A stretch of DNA of 64,000 nt, from the NCBI GenBank assembly GCA_030390025.1, contig CM059432.1, positions 118,484,001 to 118,548,000 on the forward strand, written 5' to 3'. Below the pieces are notes generated by a model. That model did not search any database. It was not told the DNA's origin and saw only the letters and a list, made by a program, of their open reading frames with translations. The stretch comes from Squalus acanthias (Eukaryota). A program made the position numbers and the translations under genes. This document shows, in pieces, positions 12,330-24,317 of the stretch. Every line of letters starts with the position of its first letter. Position 1 is the stretch's first letter.

Positions 12330-15126
12330 TCTGCACAGAGTGAGGCACCGGTCTGAGTGGGCTGCAGCAAGGCCAGGGGGAATGGGTAGCTCAGGGGCTA
12401 GCTCCCCAGTAGGTGTGTTCACACGCGAGTTCTGCTGTGCAGGACTCAGATGAGGAACTCGATGGGGAGGCGTTTAGAAGAAGGGTGATGGGCAAGCACA
12501 CGAAGATGATAGGCGCAATGGCAAGGGTGCCCGAGAGCCTCTCAGATATGATAAGGAGCGTGGAGGAGTCCACCTCCAACATTGCACAGAGCTCTGCGCA
12601 CACCATGGAGCCCATCATTTCCAGTCTGCAAAAGATGGTAGACTCCCAGAGAGACTGTGGCGACCCAGACCTGATGCCGCGTGTGATGGGCGATCTGGTA
12701 GTTTCTATTGCAGCACAGGCAGAAGTGACACAATGTCTTGGTGCTGTAATGCAGTCTATTCTTGGTGGCATCCAATCTCAGACTGCTCTCATGCAGTCTC
12801 AGCTTGATACCACGCAAGCTCTGACTGCTGCCATCGTGGCTGGGTACAACCGTCGACTGGGACTTTCACGGTATCGCAGCAGGCCAGCAATCTGTGCTGC
12901 AACATATTGGTAGTGATGCTGAGTTGCTGCCCCAGGGGAGTGGCAGTGGGTCAGTGGAACAGGAGCCTGCTGTCCTCTCTCAGGATGACAGCATTCCTGC
13001 TCCCACTGCTGCCACTCCGCCATTGCCCTTGTCGCTGCCTGTCATCCAACCAGCCCAGACTGCTTGCCACACATGCCGAGGTGGTGCAGTCTACAGCCGG
13101 GCCTCCCAGGTCCAGAGCTGGTCGAGGGCATCCTGCAAGGCCATCTGAAGTCTCCCGCACGGACACTCAGCAGCCTTCCACCAGCCCTGCTGCAGCCACT
13201 GGGCCAACACAGTGTAGGAGCACTAGAGTAGGCAAAGGCACAATAATGAGAGGTACTAAGAGATTACACAAGGGTGATTAGTAAATATTTTTGTCATACA
13301 TATGTGTTCACTGATTATTGATAAATGTATTCATTCAGTTTGAATTCTATTGTGGTGTGTCTCATTTGAGCTTTGCGCTGTGACATGGCCTGCAACGGGG
13401 AAGGAATGATGGCGATGTGGTGAGCAACGGGGATCTGATGGAGATCTGGGGTTTAATTTATTGGAACCGCAGTCTGATGAGGCGGTCATGGACCGCCCTT
13501 CCGGAAGGCCGATTAAGTGGCTTCCTCCTCCCTCGCTCCTGTTAATCCTCCTCCTTGTACTCCTCGTCATCCTCCTCCTCCTCCTCTCCCTCTTCCTCCT
13601 CCTGAGGTGGTCCCACAATCCCTGGTGGCAAGGGCTGGGCCCTCATGATGCCCAAGTTGTAGAGCATGCAGCAGACCACCACGAAATGGGACACCCGCTC
13701 AGCCGAGTACTGGAGGGCTCCTCCCAAGCGGTCAAGGCAACGGAACCATTGCTTGAGCACCCCGATGGTCTGCTTGATGATGTTCCTGGTGGCAGCATGG
13801 CTGTCATTATGAGTGCTGGGTGGGAGTGTTCGAGTTGCGGAGGGGAGTCATGAGCCAGGTGGAGAGCGGATAGCCCTTGTCTCCGAGCAGCCAGCCACAA
13901 GCTTGATGTGGCGGCTGGAAGAGTGCTGGCACACCGGTCTGGCATAGGATGAAGGTATCATGGCTGCTGCCAGGATAGCAGACATTCACATTGAGGATTT
14001 GCTGTGTGTGGTCGCACACCAACTGCACATTAAGTGAGTGGTAGCCTTTGCGGTTATGATAAGATCTCAGGATTGTTATGCGGTGCCCGCAAAGCCACAT
14101 GGGTGCAGTCAATGGTGCCCTGCACCATGGGGAATCCCGCTGTCCTGGCAAAGCCACATGCACGCATGTCCTGCTTCTCGCTGGTGATAAGGAAGGAAAT
14201 GTAGTCCCTTCTCCTAATGTAGAGAGCTTCTGTGACCTCCTGGATACAGCAATGGACAGCAAACTGTGAAATGTTAGCTATGTCTCCTGCTGCAGACTGT
14301 AAGGATCTGCTGGCAAAGAAATTGAGGTAGGCGGTGACCTTGACTGGCACTGAGAGCGCCGTGGTCGCCCTGATCTGAGGCTCGAGGTCTGGTTGCAGGA
14401 GATGGCAGGGTTCTGTGACCACCTCCTTGGTGAAGCAGAGCCTTCTAATACACTGCTCCTCACTTAATTGCAGGTAGGAAAAGTGCTGTTGGAGTACCCT
14501 CGGAGGGTAAGGCCTCCTCTTTAGAGTCCTGATGGCCCTCCTCCTTCCTCTGGCCACATGTTCCACTCTTTCTCGCTGCCTCTGTTCCCTCAGCCGTAGA
14601 TCCAGGTCGACTGCCAGTACAGCCCCCATTAATGTATGCCAAGTGTAGCAGTTTGATTTTTTTAAATAATTTTTTGTAACTACTTTTTAGTTACCACAAC
14701 ACTCCTAATACAAAATACCCATTTAATTAGTGAATTAAACTGTTGCACAATGTCAAACTGATAAGAAAGCATTGAAACTCCACTAACCTGACAGCTGCGA
14801 CTCATTATTCATGATCCCTTTAAATAACGTTCCTGGAGCCGGCTTCCACCTGCTTGATGCCAGCTCTCCTTGTCGCTGTTTGGTCGAGCAGCCAAGGTAG
14901 GTGGTGGCAATCAATTTTGCAGATCGGGCGCTCAGTGAGCATTGCTCACTCACAATCTGCCTGGCGTTGAAGTCCCCGGTGGTACCTCGTACCGGCGGCA
15001 CAATGGGGGTTCAGATATGCCGTGCGTCGCTGGATTCATCGCGCCTCAGAGCTATTGCATCAGTACCCCATTAGTGCCAGCTCCTGGCGCTAACGGGAGG
15101 CACTAAGGTATTGAATTTTTCCCCCA
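12330..15126. mobile_element. Harbinger element: Myb-gene last exon (+, about 12330-13281) and decayed transposase (-, about 13440-14629)
   Basis: [24 protein letters not shown] and FRCLDR.GGALQY. TIR AATTTTTCCCCCA at the right end, with a possible partner GGGGGAAAAATT near 10635. Closely related to 58535-62558. Confidence 0.85.
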
Positions 15127-15207
15127 TTAAGTCTACTGCATTCGTTAAGCATAACCTACCCTTTTGAAATCTGTGCTGACTACTCTTTATTATATTTTCA
15201 GTTTCTA

Positions 15208-16976
15208 GGGCCGCGATTTTACTAACCTTGGCGGGTCTGTGGTGGGCTACGTCGGTGACGTGTCGCAACCCCACTGCTGGCTCCATCCCAGCCTCTGAAA
15301 TGAATTTCCCTTGATAGGGCTTGTTAAGCCCGCCCAGCGCATTTCCTGGCCAATTAGAGGAAGCTGGTCTGGTGACGTCATTCGATGATGCGTCATTCGC
15401 CGGTTTCCTTAAAGGGACATGACCAACTTTCTTTTGACATTTGTGCTGTCAGTGCTCTACAGCATTGAGGTGCTGCAAACACTGACAATCTCTGCACAGA
15501 GGTGCAGGGCTGCACCGAGGCTGTTCCATGACTCTTCCATATGCTTATGGAGGGAGTCACAGCACGCAGGGAGGTCCTCTTCCCTTCCGATGGGCAGAGG
15601 AGAACTCCCCATGAGATCAACACAGCCTGGTTGCACATTGCAGAGGAGGACACAAGCAGGGATGTGGTCAGGAGGACCTGGGTGCAGTGCCGCAAATGTT
15701 TCAATGATCTCAGTAGATCACAAAACATTAGTACAAAGCCACCACTCAACCTCATCCTGCTGTGCCTCTCATCACATCCCCATCGCTTTGCCTTCCCTAC
15801 CCTACTCCTGCACATCCTTACTCACAACAACTTACCTTGCACCTCCACCCATCCCTCTCTATCTACATTATCACATCCCCATCTCACTAGCCACCCCTCA
15901 CACTCACCCTCATCCTTGTGCAATCATACCAACTAAGAACACACAAGGGTAGGCACTTGGGTGTTTTATGCAATGTTCATGTAAATTTTCTGTTAATATG
16001 GTGTCAAACATTGAAACCTTTATTTTTAGCACTTTGCGTTCTTGGACAGATTTGTGTGCACCTTTGGAAGTGGCTTAGTGAGTTGCAGTGAATGGTGAGA
16101 CATAACAGTACCCCCTGCAATGCTGATGAGTGTGAGAGGAATGGCTTGGGCATTGTGGGGATACTTTATGTTGTGATGTGGGGTAGCGTCAACGTGGCAC
16201 ATCAGGTGGCAGCCAGGGTGTTCAGCATCAAGTGAAGTAAATCTAGTCATAGTGAGGCCATCCCTGGCCTCCCGGGCAGCAATGCCCTCGGTCCTGTGCA
16301 GCATCAGTTGATTGCGTAAAGGTTGGTGGTGTTGTTGGTGCTGCTGGTGTGCCTGGTGCTGCTGGTGTTGAGGCTGATCGTGGTGGGATTCTGATGACCA
16401 AGGTGAGAGAGTATAAAGTTCACTGATGCTGATGGAATAGATGGCAGGTGAAGTAGAGATGACAGAAGCGATCTGTCAATGGTGAGAGAGGTAATGAGGT
16501 CAGGCTGGATGGAGACTTGTGTAAAGACTTGCAGCATGGTGAATCTGTTGTGGAAATGCAGTGAGGAAGAGTTTGTGGCTAAGGGAAGATATCTCTGTCA
16601 GGTGGGATCTTTCTCTGTTCATTTGAAGCTGTCAACTCATCAGCAGATTCAATGGCCACTGAACCCCCGCCTCAGCTTGACAGACATGGTCCACGACCAG
16701 TGTGGACCCCGTGGGCGACCTGTCCAATGCAGAAGGTGAGCTGAAATTCATTCTTAAGTGCCTCTAAACAAACCACTAATTACCTGAATTGGGTCACCTG
16801 CTGTGAACCCGCCGCTACGTGTCGGGTCTGCTCAGTGCTGACAGACCCGACATCAGGGAAAGGTGCATGATGGTGGGTTCACATCTGGGTCCCAACCCGC
16901 TGGGGAAAGAAACACTTTCCCACCCGACCCGCCACGCCACCAATCACGCCCACTGACCCCCCGGAAAATCCAGTCC
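15208..16976. mobile_element. Internally deleted Harbinger element with Myb/SANT exon
   Basis: TIRs GGCCGCGATTTT / AAAATCCAGTCC. RTWVQCRKCFNDL at about 15670-15715. Inserted in a CR1. Confidence 0.75.
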
Positions 16977-19900
16977 AAGATGTTTTTATGTTGCATCTTT
17001 GAGTAAAGATTCAATTTTCTTTCCTACCACCGACATTAAGCTAATTGGTCTTTAGTTCCCTGGACTTGTTCTATCTCCCTTTCTAAACATCGGAATCACA
17101 TTAGCTCTCCTGTAGCCCTTTGGCACCATTCCCTTTGCAAATTAATTTTTATGTATTTGTAATAGTGCCTCTGCTATCTCTTCCCTACTTCTTTTAATAT
17201 GCATGGATGCAATCCATCTGGACCAGGGTTTTATCATCTCTCAATTTGATTAGTTTATCCATTATCTCTGCCTTTCTTTCCTAAGTATCTTTATATCTCT
17301 TTTTGATATCCTCTTCTGATGTCATGTCCACCCTATTAGTCTCCCTGGTAAATATCGAAGCAAAGTAACTATTTCATAATTCTGCCATTTTGCTGTCATT
17401 ACCTTGGAGTTTATTGTGTGTATCTCTTTGTGGCCCTGTCCCTAGCCTGATTGTCCTTTTGTTATTTATGTGCCTGTGGAATATTTTACTATTTCTTTGT
17501 ATATTCCTTGATAATTTAATTTTGTCGTTTCTCTTTGCTTTCCCAATTGTTTGTATTACTTCTTTCCTAACCTTTTCATATTCACGTTTGTCATCTTCTC
17601 CTTTGTTGTCCATGCACTCAGTGTCTGCCTTTTTCTTTAGTTTCTATTTTGCCCTTATTTCTTGATTCATCCATGGTGTGTCGTTATTGGCTCGTGTGTT
17701 CTTGCTTTTCAGTGGGATATATTTCTCCTGGACTCTATTGATCACCGTTTTAAATGTTTCCCACTGCTGTTCTATTTCTTTGTTTGTCAGTAAATGTTTG
17801 CAGTTTATTTTCCCTAGTTCCCATTCTCATCCCCTTAAAATCAGCTTTATTCCAATTTATTACTTTGGTCTTTGTCTTATTTATGTCCTTCTCAATCTTT
17901 ACCTTAAACCTCATTATGTTGTAACTGCCATTACCTAGATGTTCCCAATGCTTACTTCTCTTATCTGTTCTGGTTCATTTTCCATTACCAGATCCAGCAG
18001 TGCTCCCTCTCTTGTTGGGCTATTTACATACTGGGTAAGAAAGGAGTCTTGCTCACATTGTAAAAACTCCATGTCAGGTACGCCTTTCGCTACCTCTTCT
18101 TGCCAGTTTATTTGGGGTAGTTAAAAATCTCCCATGATTATTATTCTATGTCCTTTACTCATTTCACGTATTTACCTACATATTTCTTCCTCCACCTCAT
18201 TTCCACTATTGGGTGGTCTGTAGTATACCCCTATTAGGGTGATTGATCCCTTACCTTTTATTTCAATCCATATGGATTTTGTTTCTATCCTTCTGTTAGT
18301 TATGTCCATTTTTTCAACTGCCATTATGTTATCTCTAATTAGTATTGCTACCCTACCCCCCACCATTCTCCCTTTCCTATCCTTTCTGATTATGTTATAG
18401 CCAGCAATATTTAGTTGCCAGTCCTGTTCTTTGTGTAGCTATGTTTCAGTTATTCCTACTACATCTGGTTCCTTACTATGGGTTATGTCAGCCGTGGCTC
18501 AGTGGGTAGCACTCTCAGCCTCTGAGTCAGAAGGTTGTGGGTTCTAAGTCCCACTCCAGGGACTTGAGCACAAAATTCTAAGCTGACACTCCAGTGCAGT
18601 GCTGAGAGAGTGCTGCACTGTTGGAGGTGATGTCTTTCAGATGAGACGTTAAACTGAGGCCCTGTCTGCCCTCTCAGGTGGATGTAACAGATCCCAGGGC
18701 ACTATTTCGAAAAAGAGCAGGGGAGTTATCCCTGGTATCCTGGACAATATTTATCCCTCAATCAACGTAACAAACACAGATTATCTGGTCATTATCACAT
18801 TGCTGTTAGTGGGAGCTTGCTGTGCGCAAATTGGCTGCTGCGTTTCCTACATTACAACAGTGACTACACTTCAAAAAAATACTTAATTGGCTGTAAAGCG
18901 CTTTGGGACGTTTAGTGGTCATGTAAGGCGCTATATAAATGCAAGTCTTTCTTTTATTGTTGCCTCCAGTTCCCCTGTTTGATTTTGGATGCTGTGTACA
19001 TTGCTGTGCAGGCAGTTTATTTTTTTTCTTTAATAGCTGTTCCTTTTACTTAATTTTTAACAGTCCTTTTATACTTCTGTTTTCTAATTGTATTTGTTCC
19101 CTGACTTTTTATGTTACCTTTATTCCTTATCTTCGTCTGACCTTTACTCTCAGATCCTATTTCTTTTATCTTCAGACTTGCGTTATTTTCACCAGATCCC
19201 TCCTGCCGTCTCATGAGTTTAAATTCTTATTGGCAAACCTATTTATCCTTTCCGCTAGAACACTGGTCCTGCTCCGGTTCAGGTGGATCCTGTCTCTGCG
19301 GTACAGCTCCTTCCTGTCCCAGTACTGGTGCCAGTGTGCTATGAAATGGAACCCGTCCTTCCCACACCAGCCTTTCAGCCACCCAGTCAACTTCCTGGTC
19401 AGCTTATCCCTATGCCAATTAGCCAGTGGCTTGGGTAGTAATACCGAGATTACTGCCTGTGAGGTCTTGTTTTTTAATTTAGTTCCTAACTTCTGATATT
19501 CCCTCAGCAGGTCCTCTTCACTTTCCTTCCCTATGTCATTGGTCCCAACATGGACCATGACATCTGGATCTTCCCCCTCCCTTTCCAAGTTCCTCTCCAG
19601 CTGCTCTGAGATGTCCTTTACCTTTGCACCAGGTAGGCAACACACCCTTCTGGACTCTTGGTTGTGATTGCAGAGGATGCTATCTAACTCCCTAATTATT
19701 GAATCCCCTATGACTACAACCTTTCTGTTCTGCTCTTCCTTCCCCTTGGACTGCCTCCTGCTCCATGGTGCCATGGTTAGCATTCTGGCTGTCCACCTTG
19801 CAGCCTGCAGGCAGCAAATACATTGTACCTTTGGACATGACCAGTGTCTGCGGGACCTCCTTCTCTAGTGCAACTTGGTTCCCTTACCCTGCTGACTAAC

Positions 19901-20150
19901 AATCACACTCTCCCCTTCCTGCACCTGTGATTTTCTCTCAGGTGTGACTGTATTCTGGAGAAAACTATCCAAAAATTCCATCCCCTCCCTTATGTGTTGG
20001 AGTGTCTCTAACTCGCACTGCAGCTCACAAACTCTGACCTGGACTGTCTCACGCCAGTGACATTTCCAGCAGATGTGGCAATCCAGGACAGCCGCTCTGT
20101 CCATTAACTGCCACATATTACAGCCCTGACACATAGCCTGCACTGCCATT
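16977..20150 (-). mobile_element. CR1 LINE 5' two-thirds (ORF1 zinc finger + SGNH esterase, ORF2 endonuclease/linker)
   Basis: CQGC...CWKC (19865-20149). VIGDSII, HVGTND and DRIHLN (19211-19783). GVYYRPPN. Interrupted by a SINE. Confidence 0.88.
18487..18957 (+). mobile_element. tRNA-derived SINE with Deu-like core and L2-type tail (SacSINE1/DeuSINE-like)
   Basis: A-box TGGCTCAGTGG, B-box-like GGTTCTAAGTCCC, core TGAGACGTTAAACTGAGGCCCTGTCTGCC and tail GCGCTATATAAATGCAAGTCTTT. Confidence 0.8.
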
Positions 20151-20730
20151 TCTAGTTTTTATTTATTTATTACTATTAATTTAGTTGTAGATATAATACA
20201 ATTACTTGAGATCCGGATTATATTTAGGAGATGGATTTAGCTTGATTTCAGATAATTTGTAGCTAATTAGCCTTGTTTTTGTTTATTAAATTCTTTATTT
20301 TATTATTTCCTTAATTCCTATTTATTATTTATATATATATTATACCAGATTTTAATTGAATGAAATTTGGAACCCTTTAATGTTAGTATCCTGTATTTAG
20401 TTAATTTTAATTTTATCCCATTAGATCTGATTAATTAACTACTTGACTTAATTATATCATAAATTAAAACATTTGATTCAATTACATAATAAATTGAATT
20501 TCATGTTTTTTTGAGCTTTTGTGTGTTGTACCTTTTATAGCCTGAGTAATGTCTTGCTAAGGTGATGATTACTTGTCAACACGTTGTGGTTATTTTTAAT
20601 TAATTTGTAACACGTTAACCCATTAAATCATCTTGCAAATTATATAATTCTCTTCACTGAGTCTACGTGATGTTATCTAGTCTCTGTCCATTGTTATTTT
20701 CATGGTTTGCACCTTACTTTCTCATCTCTT

Positions 20731-22548
20731 AACATAAGAACATAAGAAATAGGAGCAGGAGTAGGCCATTTGGCCCTTCGAGCCTGCACCACCATTCAAT
20801 ATGATCATGACTGATCTCCTACCTCATCTCCACTTTCCTGCACTATCCCCATATCCCTTGATTCCCTTAATATTCAAAAATCTGTTGATCTCTGTCTTGA
20901 ATATACTCACAGTAACTCTGCCTGAGGAAGGGGCGACAGCTCCGAAAGCTTGTAATTTTAAATAAATCTGTTGGACTATAACCTGGTGTTGTGCGACTTC
21001 TCATTTTTGAATATACTCAACAACTGAGCCTCCACAGCCCTCTGGGTAGAGAATTCCAAAGATTCACCACCCACTGAGTGAAGAAATTTCTCCTCATCTC
21101 AGTTCTAAATGGCCGACCCCTTATTCTGAGACTGTGACCCCTGGTTCTAGACTCCCCAGCCAGAGGAAACATCCTCCCTGCATCTACCCTGTCAAGCCCT
21201 GTAAGAATTTTATATGTTTCAATCAGATCACCTCTCATTCTTCTAAACTCTAGAGAATATAGGCCTAGTCTACTCAATCTGTCCTCATAAGACAATCCCC
21301 CCATCCCAGGAACAAGTCTGGTGAACCTTCGTTGCACTCACTCTATCACAATTCTATCCTTCCTTAGTTAAGGAGACCAAAACTGTACACAATACTCCAG
21401 GTGTGGTCTCACCAGGGTCCTATATAATTGCAGTAAGACGTCTTTACTCTTATACTCAAATCCTCTTGTAATAAAGGCCAACATACCATTTGCTTTCCAA
21501 ATTGCTTGCTGTACCTGCATGTTAACTTTCAGTAATTCGTGTACAAGGACACCCAGGTCCCTCTGAACACCAACATTTCCCAATCTCTCACCATTTAAAA
21601 AATGCTCTGCTTTTCTATTTTTCCTACCAAAGTGGAAAAATTCACATTTCTCCACATTATATTCCATTTGCCATGTTCTTTCCCACTCACTTAGCCTGTC
21701 TATATCCCCTTGAAGCCTCCTTGTCTCCTCCTCACAACTTACATTCCCACCCAGCTTGGTATCATCAGCAAACTTGGATATATTACATTTGGTCCCCTCA
21801 TCCAAATCATTGATGTAGATTGTGAATAGCTGAGGCCCAAGCACTGATCCTTGTGGTACCCCACTAGTTACAGCCTGCCAACCTGAAAATGACCCGTTTA
21901 TTCCTACTCTCTGTTTTCTGTCCATTAACCAATCCTCAATCCATGCTAGTATATTACCCCCAATCCCATGAGCCCTAAACTTCTTGTGTGGCACCTTATC
22001 GAATGCCTTCTGAAAATCCAAATACACCACATCCACTGGTTCCCTCTCATCAATTCTGCTAGTTCCAACCTCAAAAAACTCTAACAGATTTGTCAAACAT
22101 GATTTCCCTTTCATAAATCCGTGTTGACTGCCCAATCCTATTTTCTAAGTGCCCTGTTACCACGCCCTTAATAATACATTCTAGCATTTTCCCTACTACT
22201 GATGTCAGGCTAACTGGTCTGTATTTCCCCATTTTCTCTCTCCCTCTTGTCTTAAATAGTGGGGTTACATTTGCTACCTTCCAATCCGCAGGAACCATTC
22301 TAGAATCTATGGAATTTTGGAAAATGACAACCAATGCATCCACTATCTCTTGTAACCATCTCTTTCAAAACTCTAGGATGTAGGCCAGCAGTTCCAGGGG
22401 ATTTATCGTCTTTCAGTCCCATTAATTTCTCCAGTACTACTTTTTTACTAATACTACTATCTTTCAGTTCCTCATTCTCATTAGATCCTTGATTGTCCAC
22501 AATTTCTGGGAAGTTTTTTGCATTTTCTTCTGTGAAGACAGACACAAA
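20731..22548 (-). mobile_element. CR1 LINE 3' half (RT region and tail)
   Basis: (AACATAAG)n tail at 20731. The ORF at 21368-22135 has [20 protein letters not shown] and FADD. Confidence 0.93.
20910..21006 (+). mobile_element. 97-bp Penelope-like 3' fragment with minimal hammerhead-like motif
   Basis: Flanked by the 13-bp duplication TTGAATATACTCA. Contains CTGAGGA-A-GGGGC-GACA-GCTCC-GAAA-GCTT. Confidence 0.65.
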
Positions 22549-22811
22549 GGCCACGATTTTCTGACTGGAGGTGAGTTGGAGTCGGGTTCGATGTTCGGCG
22601 GGTTCCGGTCCCGCTGCCGGATTAATCCATTCTGAAATAACGATTTTGCTATAAGTGGGCTGATTAAGCCCGTCATGCGCGCTACCCGGCCCAATCAGTG
22701 GGTTCAGGTCTGCTGCTCCCCTCTGCTGACGTCTTTCATCCAGCTGCATTTAAGGGGCCCATGCAGCGTTGTCATTGTTCATTCCTATTCTGCTGCTTCT
22801 CGGTGTGGAAC

Positions 22812-24317
22812 ATATGTGAAAAGGAAAAGACTGGCGAAGGTAAATGTAGGTCCTTTACAGTCAGAGTTGGGAAAATTTAAAATAGGGAATGAGGAAATGG
22901 AAGAGAAATTAAATAAATACTTTGTTTCTGTCTTCACGGAGGAAGACACAGAAAACATCCCAGAAATACGAGAAAACCAAGGGTGTGGCGAGAATGAGGG
23001 GAACTTAAAGAAATTATTATTAGTAAAAAATCAGTACGAGCAAAATTAATGGGACTAAAAGTCGATAAATCTCAAGGACCGGATGACCTACATCCTAGGG
23101 TTTTGAAAGAGGTGGCCATTGGGATAGTGGACGCATTGGTTGTCATCTTCCAAAATTCTATAGATTCTGGAACGATTCCTGCAGATTGGAGGATAGCAAA
23201 TGTAACCCCGCTATTTCAGAAAGGAGGGAGAGAGACAACGGGGAACTACAGACCTGTTAGCCTCACATCAGTAGTTGGGAAAATGCTGGAATCAATTATA
23301 AAGAATGCAATAATTGGGCACTTAGAAAGATTGGGCAGAGTCAACATGGATTTATGAAAGGGAAGTCCTGTTTGACAAACCTATTGGAGTTCTTTGAGGA
23401 TGTAACTAGTGGAGTAGACAAAGGGGAACCGGTAGATGTGGTGTATTTGGATTTTCAGAAGGCCTTCGATAAGGTCCCACACAAGAGGTTGGTGAACAAA
23501 ATTAGGGCACATGGAATTGGGGGTAATATACTAGCATGGATTGAGAATTGGTTAACAGACAGAAAACAAAGACTAGGGATAAACAGGTCTTTTTCAGGAT
23601 GGCAGGCTGTGACTAGTGGGGTACCGCAAGGATTGGTACTTGGGCCCCAGCTATTCACAATCTATATCAATGATTTGGATGATGGGACTTAATGCAACAT
23701 TTCCAAATTTGCTGATGACACAAAGCTAGGTGGCAGTGTCAGTTGCGAAGAGGATGTGAAGAGGCTTCAAGGATCTCAACAGGCTCAGTGAGTGGGCGAG
23801 AACATGGCAGATGGGTTATAATGTGGATAAATGTGAAGTTATCTACTTTGGTAGAAAAAACAGAAAGGCAGAGTATTTCCAAAATGGTGAAAGATTGGGG
23901 AATGCAGATGCTCAAAGTGACCTGGGTGTCCTTGCACATGAGTCCCTGAAAGTGAATGTGCAGGTGCAGCAAGCCATTAGGAAGGCAAATGGTATGCTGG
24001 CCTTCATTACAAGTGGATTTGAGTACAGGAGTAAAGAAGTCTTACTCCAATTATATAGGGCCTTGGTGAGACCACACCTGGAGTACTGTGTACAATTTTG
24101 GTCTCCTTACCTAAGGAAGGATATACTTGCCATAGGTGCAACGAAGGTTCGCGAGATTGATTCCTGGGATGGCGGGACTGTCGTATGAGAAGAGATTGAG
24201 TAAACTAGGTCTGTATTCTCTTGAATTCAGAAGAATAAGAGGGAATCTCATTGAAGCATACAAAATTATTACAGGCCTTGATAGGGTGGATGCTGGGAGA
24301 ATGTTTCCCTTGGCTGG
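22812..24317 (+). mobile_element. CR1 LINE ORF2 (RT) fragment, 5' part, interrupted by the ERV
   Basis: [27 protein letters not shown] and [19 protein letters not shown], with frameshifts. Confidence 0.93.
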
